Shown here: piece after piece, positions 39,458-52,808 of the stretch | Layout: every line of letters starts with the position of its first letter | Position numbering within the stretch: the first letter of the stretch is position 1 | Origin: Toensbergia leucococca | Lineage: Eukaryota | Direction of reading: 5' to 3' | Assembly: GCA_022813965.1 (NCBI GenBank) | Contig: JALDZS010000043.1 | Location: 1 to 64,000 of the forward strand | Length of the DNA: 64,000 nt | The notes under the pieces: generated by a model | Told to the model about the DNA's origin: nothing | The model's database searches: none | Seen by the model: only the letters and a program-made list of their open reading frames with translations | Program-made: the position numbers and the translations under genes

Positions 39458-39654
39458 GCATCTTATTCGGTGGGGGACAGCATCTGAATGTGATACGGCT
39501 GATGGTCCTTATATCGACTTGGATGCGACAATGCTCGTTGTCTCAGGGTGATTCCTTGTCGGAGCCCAGGAGCCTCCTCATCGGCTTACGATAGAGTCTT
39601 TCTTATTTCATCAAACAAATTTTAAAGAAACCGGAAGTTTTGAGCATGAGAGCT

Positions 39655-40470
39655 TGAGACCTGATGAATCAACCAAGGTCAGCTTTCGTAGTGGGTATAC
39701 TACACTCTTGCAGGCGGGCGTCAACCACTGAAAGGGGCACGCTCGTTGATTCCGATCATCTATGTGGACTCAATAATGTCCATAGGCTCCAGGACATTCC
39801 TCGTCAGAGCTTGAAACTTGACCCATTGTCTTTAGGAGCCTTCTTATGGGCTTATGTCTTATGATAGATCTGTGTCCTTATTCACCGGGTAAGTTTGAGA
39901 ACGGAAGATTCCTAGAATCGAACTTGAAAATTGATGGATAAAGTCCAGTTTTCGAGGCAGCTACGCGACTTTTTCGGAGGTAAACGTCAATATCCGAAGC
40001 TGCCACGTTCATTTCACAAAAAAAAGAACACGATGATGTTCGCAGTCTCGGAGAGATTTCTTGTCGGAGCATGGGACTTGACCCGTTGTATCTGGGAGCT
40101 TGCCTATGGGCTTATGTCTTTGACAGATTTTGAGTTCTTTCTCACCGGGCAAATTCGAGAACGAAGTATGAGACCTGATGAATGAAGTCCAGCTTTCGAG
40201 GCGGCTACGCGACTTGTTCAGAGGCAAACGTCAATATCTGAACCTACTTCGTCCATTTTTCTTCACAACAAAACGACGCAATGGTGTTCGTTGTCTCGGG
40301 GAGATTTCTCATCCGCGCTTAGGACTTGATCTATCGTCTCTAGGAGCCTGCTTGTGGGCTTGTGATAGACTGTCTCCTTTTTCACCGGGCAAAGTCGAGA
40401 AAGCGCAAAAGTCCTAAGATAAGAGTTTGGATCCTGACAACTGGAGTCCAGCTTTCAATGCGGTGCACTT
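39655..40470 (+). repeat. Degenerate tandem array of ~245-260-nt units (~3.3 copies)
   Basis: Recurring tgagacctgatgaat, agtccag.tttcgaggc.gctacgcgactt, acttgaccc..ggagc..tatgggcttatgtctt and tcaccggg.aa..gagaa. Confidence 0.9.
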
Positions 40471-41824
40471 CATATAGGATAACGACCCCACGTAGCGCGC
40501 CGCAGGATGGTTTTCTATAGCCAGTGGTCGATCGCTGACCTAAGCCTTGACCTTGGCAGTTTGATGAGCTTTCATCGACTAAACAATTTCCCAAGATCAT
40601 CCTGAACGGGCTCTAAGCTCGAGGTCCAAGTACTGCGCTAGTGAGTCTCAGCGGCCATTCGTTGTCCTAGCGGAAACAGAAATCCCATTGATATCAGAAC
40701 CTCGCAGATCTTATTTCGAAAAAAGGACTTGCCAAACGCAACGCCAGTGATGACTTTCGTCTAGGAAAGTCAGTGGCGAGCTTTCTAGTTACAGGCAACT
40801 CAATGCTATCTGCTAGTCAAACCTTATTAGTAGACCTGAAGATGCTGCGGGATCTCATTCTGGCAAAAGGACACCCAGAGCAACTCTGACAAGGATTTCC
40901 GCATTGATAAGCATTTATCGAGCTTGCACACGCAACTGAATTAAACCTGCCAGTCAAAGCGTACAGGCGACGGAAAGACACCGGATCGTACTATTTGACA
41001 TGCGAACCTGATACCCTTCGAGGAGGAGCTACCGGAAGGGTAGTTCAAGCGAAATATCATGTACTTTGAATCCTTCGGTTGAGAAGTAGCAGTGGCCTTG
41101 TGGGTATGGTAGAAGTATCATGGCTGCCTGAGTAACGAGGACTTTGGAAACCATCGGCACAGGCGTTCAGGATATACGCCAATTCAAGACTCCCACCCTT
41201 AGCCTCTTCGATTGCAGCATTTCGTCTTATCTCATAAGTAATTCTTACATCCTCACCAAGATGACCTCACTTGATAGGCGCAAGACCGAAGTAGCTCGGA
41301 GTGTCAGATGGACCAAATGCCCTTGCGATTTGGAGCGAATGGGCAAGATCATTGGCCTTCGGATAAACCGTCTATGGATCTATTCCATCTTCAATGACTT
41401 GATCGGCAGCACAATTTTGACCTGCATAGAATAGCCAATGTGAACACACCGCAGTTTACTCGGACAGGAGAGCACCCATTTAGCCAATCGTCAGCGTGGA
41501 TACCACGACGACTGTGCTGCTACCACCTAAGGATATACCGCAACACATGACGCAGCGGTTACTCGCTCAAGTAGTCCTCGTACAGTTGAAGTCGCGCGAA
41601 CGCTGTTTATAATGACCAAGCTCAAACCGCCTGCCGATACCGGGTCATAGAGATAGCATTCAATCACCAAGGAGAAGAAACAGAATCCGAAGCCTGGGAT
41701 GGTATCATCTGTGTCGCTCCTCAGCCTGGTTAGTAAGACGGTGTAACTTGTCTTGGATTCTTCACAAGAACACAAGAAGCGGCGTAGATAAAACCAGGGT
41801 GATCCTGCCTGTACTTCTTTTTCA

Positions 41825-41943
41825 TTTGTTCCCCTTTCTTTTGACTTGGTTTCTTTCGCCTTGCTTTCTTCCTTTGTGCTTCTTCGGAGCCTTTACCTGG
41901 GATGGCACACTTTCGTGTCCCTCATTAGCCTTGTAATAGCTGG
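41825..41943. repeat. Dispersed ~115-nt duplication, copy 2
   Basis: Matches 35781-35895 in the same orientation. Confidence 0.8.
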
Positions 41944-42512
41944 CCTCCTGATGACAAAAGAGCGTTTTTAGCAGCCGCTGGTTCTGCAATTTTGCATGAG
42001 CCTGGTCATTCTCACCGTACTGGCGAGTAAGTTCGAACCATGACATTTCACCGAGCGTTGACGATGCTCAAGTCGCATCCTCGTGGACAACCGGGAAACA
42101 CGATGAACGTACGTCCTTATGAAGATTCGACTTCAATAGCGGCAACCAAGGCCAAGGTGAACGAAGAGATTAACAAAACCCTAAGGTATGATTGCTCGCT
42201 GCTTGATGAGGGCTAAGAGAAGCCCCGTAGCCGGGACTCTTCACGTTCATGCTCCTATCTCCAAGTACCTAGGAAGCGCATAAGGGACTCTTCCTAAGCG
42301 CAGAAAGCGATCTTTGAGAATTTGCTGTGTTTTGGCGCCAAAGGATAAGAATCAAGAACCATTACAATTGCTTATGGGGACTCTGAAGAAGCGCATGAGG
42401 CACCCTGAAAAAGCGAAGCCCCGAACCACAGACCGGATCAAGATAGACTTCAAGGCAATATTGTCCCGTTTAAGCTGTCTTGCGTGTTACCCAAGACTTT
42501 CAAGTGATAAGT

Positions 42513-42825
42513 CTATCTAAGGAAGGCTGGTGCTCAGACAAGCCGTCTGAATATGTATATCTAAAAGTTAGGCTTTGGCATAGTTGGGGAAGGGACTTAA
42601 CATGCATCCGAAGCACTTGGGAGCCGGTCGTCGAGTCTATAGTCGTGTTTCATAGCCTGGCCTTGGCGCAGTTGAGAAAGAAGCTCGGTATGCGTCCAAA
42701 GCACTTGGGATCCGGTTGTTGAGTGCATAGTCTTGTTTTACAGACCGGCCTTGGTACAAAATGGGAAGAAGCTCAATATGTGTCCAAAGCCCCTAGGAGT
42801 CGGCCGACGAGTCTATAGTCTATGA
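42513..42825. repeat. Tandem repeat with 88-nt period (~3.5 copies)
   Basis: Unit starts at 42601 (catgcatccgaagcacttgggagccgg), 42689 (tatgcgtccaaagcacttgggatccgg) and 42777 (tatgtgtccaaagcccctaggagtcgg); more diverged copy upstream. Confidence 0.85.
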
Positions 42826-44134
42826 AATCAAGACAAGTGGTTTCGAGACCGTTCCTTATTACGACAAAGACTTTTGGCCTCGAGGAATGTTCGCCATCAT
42901 CTACAAGCCATGTCCAAAACCCGAAGATCTGGTCAAGCGGCAATTACTCAGCTTGATGCTCTCGGCTCATCGATTCTTCAAATCGATTACGACCTTGACC
43001 ACGATGTACTTACCCTTATCAGTGAGAGATATGCCAATTCCTGAATCAGGGGTATCGAGCCTGAACAGCTTTGTAGATCCGTCTCTTTCAATTCTCGGCA
43101 ACAGCTCGATTGAGACTATAAAGGGACACATGTTTTCGACTTCGATTATGCAGATATGGCTCTCCATCTTTAAAACGAGACCTCGGGCCAAGACGACTCG
43201 TTCAGCGGTAACGGTGGCCCTCCTTGCCGAGATCTGTTGTTCGCGAAGAGCGGCGTGTGGCCGTCCGGCCAAATGGTGAAACGAGGGAAATAGTCTATGG
43301 TATTACGCGTCTGTTGATGGCAGACACCTTATCGCGCATGAGGGGAGACAAGCAAACTGCAGAGAAACGCAACACCCATATGAAGGAATGCGAAATCGGA
43401 CAGACGGTGGCTGTACAAGACGGCAGGCCACCTACCGAAAACTTTCGCAACCATAGCTTTGAACTCGCTACCATGGGTCTACCGACCTTCCCTCGGCCGC
43501 AGAGGCAGTTCCGTCCCTACGAGTAAAGCATCAAGTATACGAGGCGCCTCCCTAGAACTTAGTGCATATTCGAAAATGGACCTCGAAAAAGCTCGTGAGG
43601 CTAGGGCTGCGAAGGTAGTGGAATTGAAGGTAGCTACTCCAGCTGTTAGGTGCGAGACCAGAGCAACGTAGGCAGCGGGGAAGAGACTGGAGGAAGCAGC
43701 CGCGACTGCTGTGACGAAATTGACACAGGCGAAAAAACAGCCGTTTACCCCTGTGAAGAAGGGTAATCCTAAGGTTTTAACTAAGGTTTTAATAAATGTC
43801 CCTACGATGACTCCTAATACGGCGTCAACATTTGAACCCGGTATTAGGCAAACAGCCCTGCGGGATAGTCTCAGTGAAGAACCTCATACCTGAGCCTACG
43901 GCATGGCCTGAAGAATGCTTAAATCGCTGACGATTAGCAATTTAGCAGCGTCAAGCTCACCGATGAAGCTTGTTTGACTTGTTCTTGCAGCCGAGGGATT
44001 CCTAGTTGAATGTTTGGAGGCAGGGACAAGAGTCACTGAAAATCTCCCAAATGTCGGATCTGGTATCAGCCCCTGATCAACACATTCAACAAGTTCGCGA
44101 GGAGACAAAATCCGAAGATACCGTCTTGGAACCT

Positions 44135-44380
44135 GAAGGAGGAAGCGCTTCGTCTTGGATATCAATCCCTTTGGAAGTGCAGAGCCGAAAAAAACTTCCG
44201 ACCAGGACACAGTAGCATTGTCTACACGTGTATCCCTCGATTGCTGCGGCTGTGTGGACTGATCCGAATGTATCCCAGAGGCCCTGCCAGAAACCATTTT
44301 TAGGGTTCAGCGCAGCCCCAAGGAGGAAGCGCCATGTCTTCGAAATCGATCCCTCGGGTTAGATGCGGAGCCCAAAAGAA
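44135..44380. repeat. ~55-nt diverged direct repeat, ~185 nt apart
   Basis: aaggaggaagcgcttcgtcttggatatcaatccct vs aaggaggaagcgccatgtcttcgaaatcgatccct. Confidence 0.75.
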
Positions 44381-45581
44381 TATTGAAACCGCGTCACGGT
44401 AGTGCGTCAGCAGAAGCGATACATCTAATAGACCATATATGGTACGCCTTCGTTTCGATTGCTACGGCTCTTGTATACGCGACCGACGTGAGCCCACCGT
44501 CAATCTCGCTCGGGCCATCACCACCGCTCCTCCCCATGTGGTCGATACCATCATAGGAGATGGCATCGAGGCGGCAAGTCCGACACCACAAATCCCGAGG
44601 ATAGCACGACGCCTTCCATTGGAGAGGACCATTGCGGAGACATAGATTTATGTGGGAGGAACAAGTACATGAAGCAGACAGGATTCTCCTCACTGTACAC
44701 AAAAGCAGTCGATCAGGCATTCTGATGACTGATTGCTTCACCGATTGAAAGCATGCACAGAACCGGTCTGTCGCCGAAAATGGAAAGCCTTTCATAAAAA
44801 ATGACGAGGCATTTTGGAAATATCACACCTTCCAGGACTCATAGGAGAGACGAAATCCCACGATAGGATCTCTAGCTCGCCAGAAGATTCAGCTACTGAT
44901 CTTGAATCTTGCTTCCCAATTTTGGAGCGACCAAGACAGGAAGAGGCATATGAGGGTGATGATGTCGATGCAGGAAGTGATCTCCTACAATCAGACTTCT
45001 TCTCCGTCCAACATCGTTGACATTTATATTACTCCCCCAAAATGACTGGATCCCCAAGCAAATCGAAGCCACCTACGTTGCAAAGACCCCCCAAATCCCT
45101 GTTGAAGCAGGCGTTAGCCAGAATTGCGTATATCTAGATCTCTAGCCAGCGGTATAAAGAGCCCATCAGAATATAACTCTAACACATGTCGGGCAGGTGT
45201 TTACGTATGCCTCAATTGCATTCTTGTTTCCCGTTGTGGACATCTCGCCGATCGACGGGTTATGCAGAATAGGGCTACTGTTAAGAGTCGCGATTCCATT
45301 GCTCAGCTATGACATCGTACTGAAATATTCCATGTCGGCGAAAAGATATTGCTCTTTGTACACCTGATCAAGAGTATGGCCAGTATGCAGGAGGAGGAAA
45401 TGGCTTTCCCAATGAACAGTTATTCAATTCGTTGAGAGAGGTGTTGAATACCCTGAAGAGCATCCAGCGACGGAAGGAACCCATTTTTAGACATCAGAAT
45501 TCACAACTCAGTCATCTTCAGTATCTTTCCTTCTTCTGGAAGGGGCTTGCGACAATGAGATGAGAATAGATAGGATGGCAC

Positions 45582-45828
45582 CTAGCTAAGATTCTCATTC
45601 AGATATTCAATGAAAGCACTCAGTACTCTGGATTTTGGCAAGTTGTGCTGACGATTGAACGATATGAATTGTCTGCGAATCCTCTGCAGCTGCGGGATTT
45701 GTCGGTAGCTGAAGGACGTTTTCAGTAACGGACAGGACTTTGCCGCCCTCGCCAGGATGGTCTTTCTGCCAATCCAGTATGACGTTGAGGACCTCCTGGG
45801 ACGTCTGATCAAGCTCATACAGGTCCAA
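45582..45828 (-). pseudogene. KTI12: Isolated, frameshifted C-terminal fragment of Elongator cofactor Kti12
   Basis: Frame 1 LYELDQTSQEVLNVILDWQKDHPGEGG..LQLPTNP, then frame 2 PQLQRIRRQFISFNRQHNLPKSRVLSAFIEYLNENLS*; no P-loop N-terminal half seen upstream. Confidence 0.8.
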
Positions 45829-46775
45829 GAAAGGCTCAGTTAGTCAAGCCAGCTCGTCTCGATCTTTATTCAGTCAGTATCAAGACTCCAATACTTGAAA
45901 GAGACAGAACAAATATGGAACTCGTATTCACCGATCTTGGAGCGATGAGAACAGAAAAAGATGTAGAACGGGGATGATGACGAGACAGGAGTAAACCTTG
46001 TTTGTCCTTATAGCCCTTATAAGAAAGGCTATATCGTTAGCTGATGCCACTGGCTGAAAGCCAAAAAGCGTCCGTAAAGAATTACACCAACGTTTGGAAA
46101 GGCGAATTCAGAAATTTCGGAGAAGGCTGACTTATCCCATCCCACTTCAAGAGGATTCGACTGATAGACCCCAAGCCTATTCAGGAATAGACAGTTAGTG
46201 ATGAGGGCGAGGCGAGGTGATCGAACAATTTGCGTGGGTGTCTATTATCGTTCCTTGATGTAAAAGAAACCCCGATGGGGATCAAGGTACCTGATGATCA
46301 AAATCTTGCCGGATCTCATTCCGACAAAAGGGTATACCAAGCGTAACGTCGATGGGGACTTCCACACAGTTTGACATGTGGTGAACATGTATAGGCAACT
46401 CACTAGCACTGGTCAGTTGATTAGAGCGAATTGTCTGACTTGCGATCCATGTATGTCAATAGCTTTCCTCAAGCTCGGTTGTGTTTTGCGGCTGACTGTA
46501 ATCTCTTTTGGCAGAATAAGACAATGCAAGTGTAGTGCGGACCGGCCCTCATACGGAGATCGACCATTGCAGCCTGCTTCTATCATATGTTCGATGCTGT
46601 AGCTGCACCCCCTAGTGGCATCAAATCTAGGAAACAACGCGTTCACCCTTTGAGGAAGAGCTCTGACCTAGAAAGGTGATAAAGTGCCTTGTGCTCTTGG
46701 AGCCTTCCATGAAGAGGCAACTTCTTGACATCGCCGATATATCAAGGCTGAACTGTATCCCTCCAATTCAGGAGA

Positions 46776-47489
46776 ATGCAGTTACTCCAGGATGATACAA
46801 GAGATCATGACGGCGAGAGGCCTTTCGGAGATCGCTCTGGGCCAGATTTTGATTTTGATCACACCGAGAACACCGCAACCACACCTTGGGGGATGGCAAG
46901 TGCCACGCTTCGTGGGAAACTTCTAGATATCAACGAAATTCGAAAGGTCTTGAGCATCAAGCCCCGCGAGAATGCAATGGGCCTAATTTCAGACAATGCT
47001 GTGGAATCATCCATCCAATTTCCTGGTCAGCAACGAGTTTTGTGCGCTGAGTCACTATCTTTGTGCAAGGCACGCACGAGAGCGCCTTAGTTGGGGTATT
47101 TGGCAGAAGACACTATCGACTCTGCCATGCCTACTTACATATCGATGTAAGCTTTCCACCTTCTTCTTTTCAGCACTTTCAACACCAACCACTCCAAGGA
47201 AGAAGAGAAGGCGGTACTCGCCTTGATATCGGAGCGCAAAGAACTGGCGTCATGGAATAGGCCAGGCGTCTCCGCCAGCGCGCCTGGACAGGGTGTACCC
47301 CACCGCCGCAAGGCACTACATGAACTGAGCAAGAAGGGACAGAACGGAGAGGTCTCAGAATTGAGAATGACGGCGGGCCGAACGATCTTCGAAGAGGAGG
47401 ATGAAGCGAGCTTTTGTACTAAGCTATCTCTATTTGGGGTGAGGTTCGAGGCTGAGATATTGGATATGTATGCCCAACGCATTGGATAA
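46776..47489 (+). pseudogene. Disrupted reading frame with Myb-like remnants
   Basis: Track ORFs 46776-47090 and 47223-47489 are in the same frame, separated by TAG 47088 and TAA 47148; contains QFPGQQR and HSKEEEKAVLALISERKELASWNR. Confidence 0.4.
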
Positions 47490-47496
47490 GAGTCCG

Positions 47497-47691
47497 TCAA
47501 TTTATCTCTAGGTTTGGGTACCAATCTCGGATCCGGGTCGTTGCTATATTAATCCCAACGACCGCGAACTTTGTAGTTCGATCAGCCAGTGTTTGGACAT
47601 GTTGCTTAAAAGTGAAGCTCTTACTGGGCTTTTGTGGTGGTGCAGATGAGAAAACGAGGAGAGCCGATTCTTCCCAAGACCAGTCTGCCAC
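47497..47691 (-). pseudogene. Small Myb-like fungal hypothetical gene, probably degenerate
   Basis: MADWSWEESALLVF..DRT..TRIRDWYPNL resembles the W[ST]xEExxxLxxF..R..IR..P.L pattern; appears truncated. Confidence 0.4.
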
Positions 47692-47954
47692 TGGATTTTC
47701 TCGGTACGCTTCGACGCTTGATCTTCGACGACGTTTAGTAAAGCGTCGAGCAGCTCAGAGAGAGACTCGCGGAAGACAAGAATTAGATGCAAAATTAGTG
47801 TTGAGGAGCAGCGATGTACCAGGCGATAGAGCAATCCAGTACTGCAGACCGTAATAAGGTACTGATGTAATTAGCACGGTCGCACAGCAAATTTCAATCG
47901 AACCTACCGCTCAATTACTTTGGACATTCCCCTGTCAATGCACAAGGTCAGCGT

Positions 47955-48013
47955 GACCGAAGAAAGCCGGACCAGTTTCTTCGAGAAGAGGCAGATCGCA
48001 AGGCCAGGGTTGA
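47955..48013. repeat. Dispersed 59-nt near-identical duplication, copy 2
   Basis: 57/59 identical to 36602-36660. Confidence 0.95.
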
Positions 48014-48042
48014 GGCGGTCGGACACGCAGATGACCATGCTA

Positions 48043-48352
48043 GCTGATGAGACACTCTCTTAAAGGTATAACAAGGGCCTTCTTCATCCTTCCTCGTGGT
48101 TGTGAGTGCAGGAGGAGGAAGAGCGTATAAAAATGCCAGTATTCTGGTGAGGACTTGATTGAAGGTTGCCGGATGGGCCCGAGGATTGTTAGCAATTTTA
48201 CAGAAACAACATGCTATCGCATGTGTATCGAAGAAAACCCATCTGCTGCAGCAATTTCTGCTGATGAGACACTCCCTCAAAGGTATAACAAGGACCCTCT
48301 TCCCCCTTCCTCGTGGTTGTGGGTGCAGGAGGAGGAAGAGCGAATAAAGATG
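48043..48352 (+). repeat. 93-nt direct repeat (48043-48135 and 48260-48352)
   Basis: 84/93 identical; copy 2 is open (ADETLPQRYNKDPLPPSSWLWVQEEEERIKM); copy 1 has CAA>TAA and TGG>TGA. Confidence 0.95.
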
Positions 48353-50691
48353 GGTATTTCCGAAGACAGAATGTCCATTCCAACCGTTCTGACGGTATCT
48401 GGCCCTGCCTTGGGAACACGAAGACATGATTCTGTGCCTACTCTTGAAAGAGTCGACTCTTGGATATCATGATATCTAATTCAACACTGCTCAATCAGAC
48501 AATGAATCATTAAGGAAGATAACTATCGCTCTGCGGAGACAACCCGTGAGGATTGAGGATGGGTTTGGGGGGAGTAGGATCGGATTTGAAGACGAGAACT
48601 CACAAGACGACAGCACCAGACAGCACCAGACAGCATTTCAACTAACCACTTCCTAGCAGTTAATCGTTGACGGTGCTTTACTAGGGAGACTTCGGTGCAT
48701 ATGTCCTTTCGGTGGGGCGACGGCAAGGCGTCAAGGACTCGCGAGTCACATGAGGTTGGAGGAACTAAGGGGAGAGCTAGAAGTTCGAAAAGAGAATGCC
48801 ATGATGGTGAGGAGAGATGAGTGACACAGCGAAGCGTTTCTAGAAGGTGATAGACATCTTACATTCTTGTTGGCTGATGTTTCTGTGTTGTGTAACGTCA
48901 AGGCATGGAAACGGGGTGGTGTGTGAATGCAGCAGGGGCTTAGGCATTACGGAATAATTCACCACGCCTTGGGCTTTCAGAGTGGTTCCATGTACTCATA
49001 ATGAAATCTAACAAACGTCCTTATCTTTGCAATGAAAGCAGGAATGCACGCTGCCTACTGTCTGCGTTTCAGTCTATCACAGCCATCTTCTTTCAGGGGT
49101 GCAAATGAACGCCGAAAAGAAAATTGCACTCACTTCCCACTGCATATACTTATCACCTCATCACAAACGCCGGGCCATCTTTTCATTCTCTGAAGTCAGC
49201 CAGAATAACCTGAGTCCATTTGGCCTCCACTGTCTGGACATGCATCTATTGCCAGGAACAAGTGCCTTTTGAATACCCAAGCCTCTTGAACTGTGTGCTT
49301 ACTACTTACAGCTCAAGGCTCGAAGACGCCATAAGAGGCAAGTTTGACAAGAACCGAACATGGCCGGAGATGAAGAAGAGAAGTCTAGCAGTATGACCTA
49401 CGGACAGGCACATTGCAGAAGAGCGTGGATCGCAGTCCTTCTTCGCGGGGAACATCATACAGACATCGCGATGGATTTCCGAGGTTCCTAACCTCAAGAT
49501 TGAGTTTAAGTAGTCGGAGGCTCGAAGACGCCAGATTTTTCAACTGGTATCCGTACTTTTGCCCGCAAAGGCAAAGATGTCTCTGGTAGAAGCTTGCTAC
49601 TTGGAACGTTCAGAGATCCTTCGCTACTAATTAGAGACTTTCTATTGTACAGGCTTGGCTTGATGCAATCCAGAAATCGACGAGGACGATAGCATATCTC
49701 TCCCATGCATGGAAAGGGTCTCGGAGCTGAGCCATCATCGAGCGGCATTCAACACAGCAGACACGAAACGCAGAAAAGCAACAGCGATGATATGGAGAAA
49801 AGACTGCAAAGGCTTACTATGGCTCCCCAACCCGAAGATGTCTCAACGCGCCTCTCTTAGCCCTAACAAGGAAAAGCAACTAGCACTCCCGCCCCGAGGT
49901 TCGTGCACGGATTTGACACCCAGTTCCTCGAAGCCGTTCTGGTAAAGGGCAGAGCGGAATACATGTTGATGGAGCTCCCAGTTTTCAGTAGTAATTGATG
50001 CCGTAGATGTTTGTGTTACTCTTGTGTAAGTAGACGATCGACGCTTGTGGCTGGGAATCCCGACAACGGCAGCATGCTTGAGACATCCCCACTGTCATTA
50101 TCGCATCGCCATCTCCAGGTCTGACGTGACCAAATCTTGCCTCATAGCGGCGAGCACTTCACCTGGCAGTAGGGGGACCACGCTCAAATCTATTCACCCA
50201 CCGCTTCGACCTTCAGCCAATCGCCTTCCATCATCCAACCATCCTCCCTTCTCCACCAAATACCTTTTTCTCCTCTCAACCGCATTGACCAGCACCTCCG
50301 CCGCCTGGGCTCTGTTGGGTAGACTCTCGTCTCCTCTAAGCAACCGACAGTCATCTCGGTCAGCTTCAGAACGTCCATCAAGGCGTCGCCGCGCAATTCC
50401 ACGCTACAGAAATACAAGAGCGAGACACGTCCAGCGGCTACGGTCTAGACCCATCTCGATTCACTCATCTACTACAATATCACTTCAATTCTTTTCCATC
50501 GCAACCATTCTCAGTCGCGAAGGCAGTAACAGGACTTCGTCTGTGTCGTTGCCCACAATTTGGGTAAACGATTCTTGGCCAGGCTTGTACTCTACCTTCG
50601 GTAGCGCTACCCACTTGTCCTCGAGAGTTCACCCATCTACATAGCTTCACCGCTGCACTGTGTGTCATCGATAAATTGACCCCTCTACGCT

Positions 50692-52808
<2,117 letters not shown>

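Noticed and set aside
42513..42825. CRISPR-like array
   Set aside because: Eukaryotic context; whole units are similar, with no repeat/unique-spacer alternation and no cas genes
36798..48135. Stops at Trp-equivalent positions (TGA 36798, TAA 38142, TAA 39939, TGA 40183, TGA in the 48043 repeat) as A-to-I editing-corrected premature stops
   Set aside because: The same segments also carry frameshifts and CAA>TAA changes that editing cannot restore, and known fungal restorative editing is mainly UAG>UGG; ordinary G>A decay is simpler
50045..50644. 199-aa ORF upstream of SKY1
   Set aside because: Non-ATG start, low-complexity Ser/Arg content, lies in the probable promoter/5' UTR
27607..50691. 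Intact Starship or other giant transposon
   Set aside because: No DUF3435 tyrosine-recombinase ORF, no long cargo ORFs and no boundary repeats that I could identify
27607..50691. Regional centromere
   Set aside because: By eye not strongly AT-rich and no recognisable retroelement remains; cannot be excluded without CENP-A or Hi-C data
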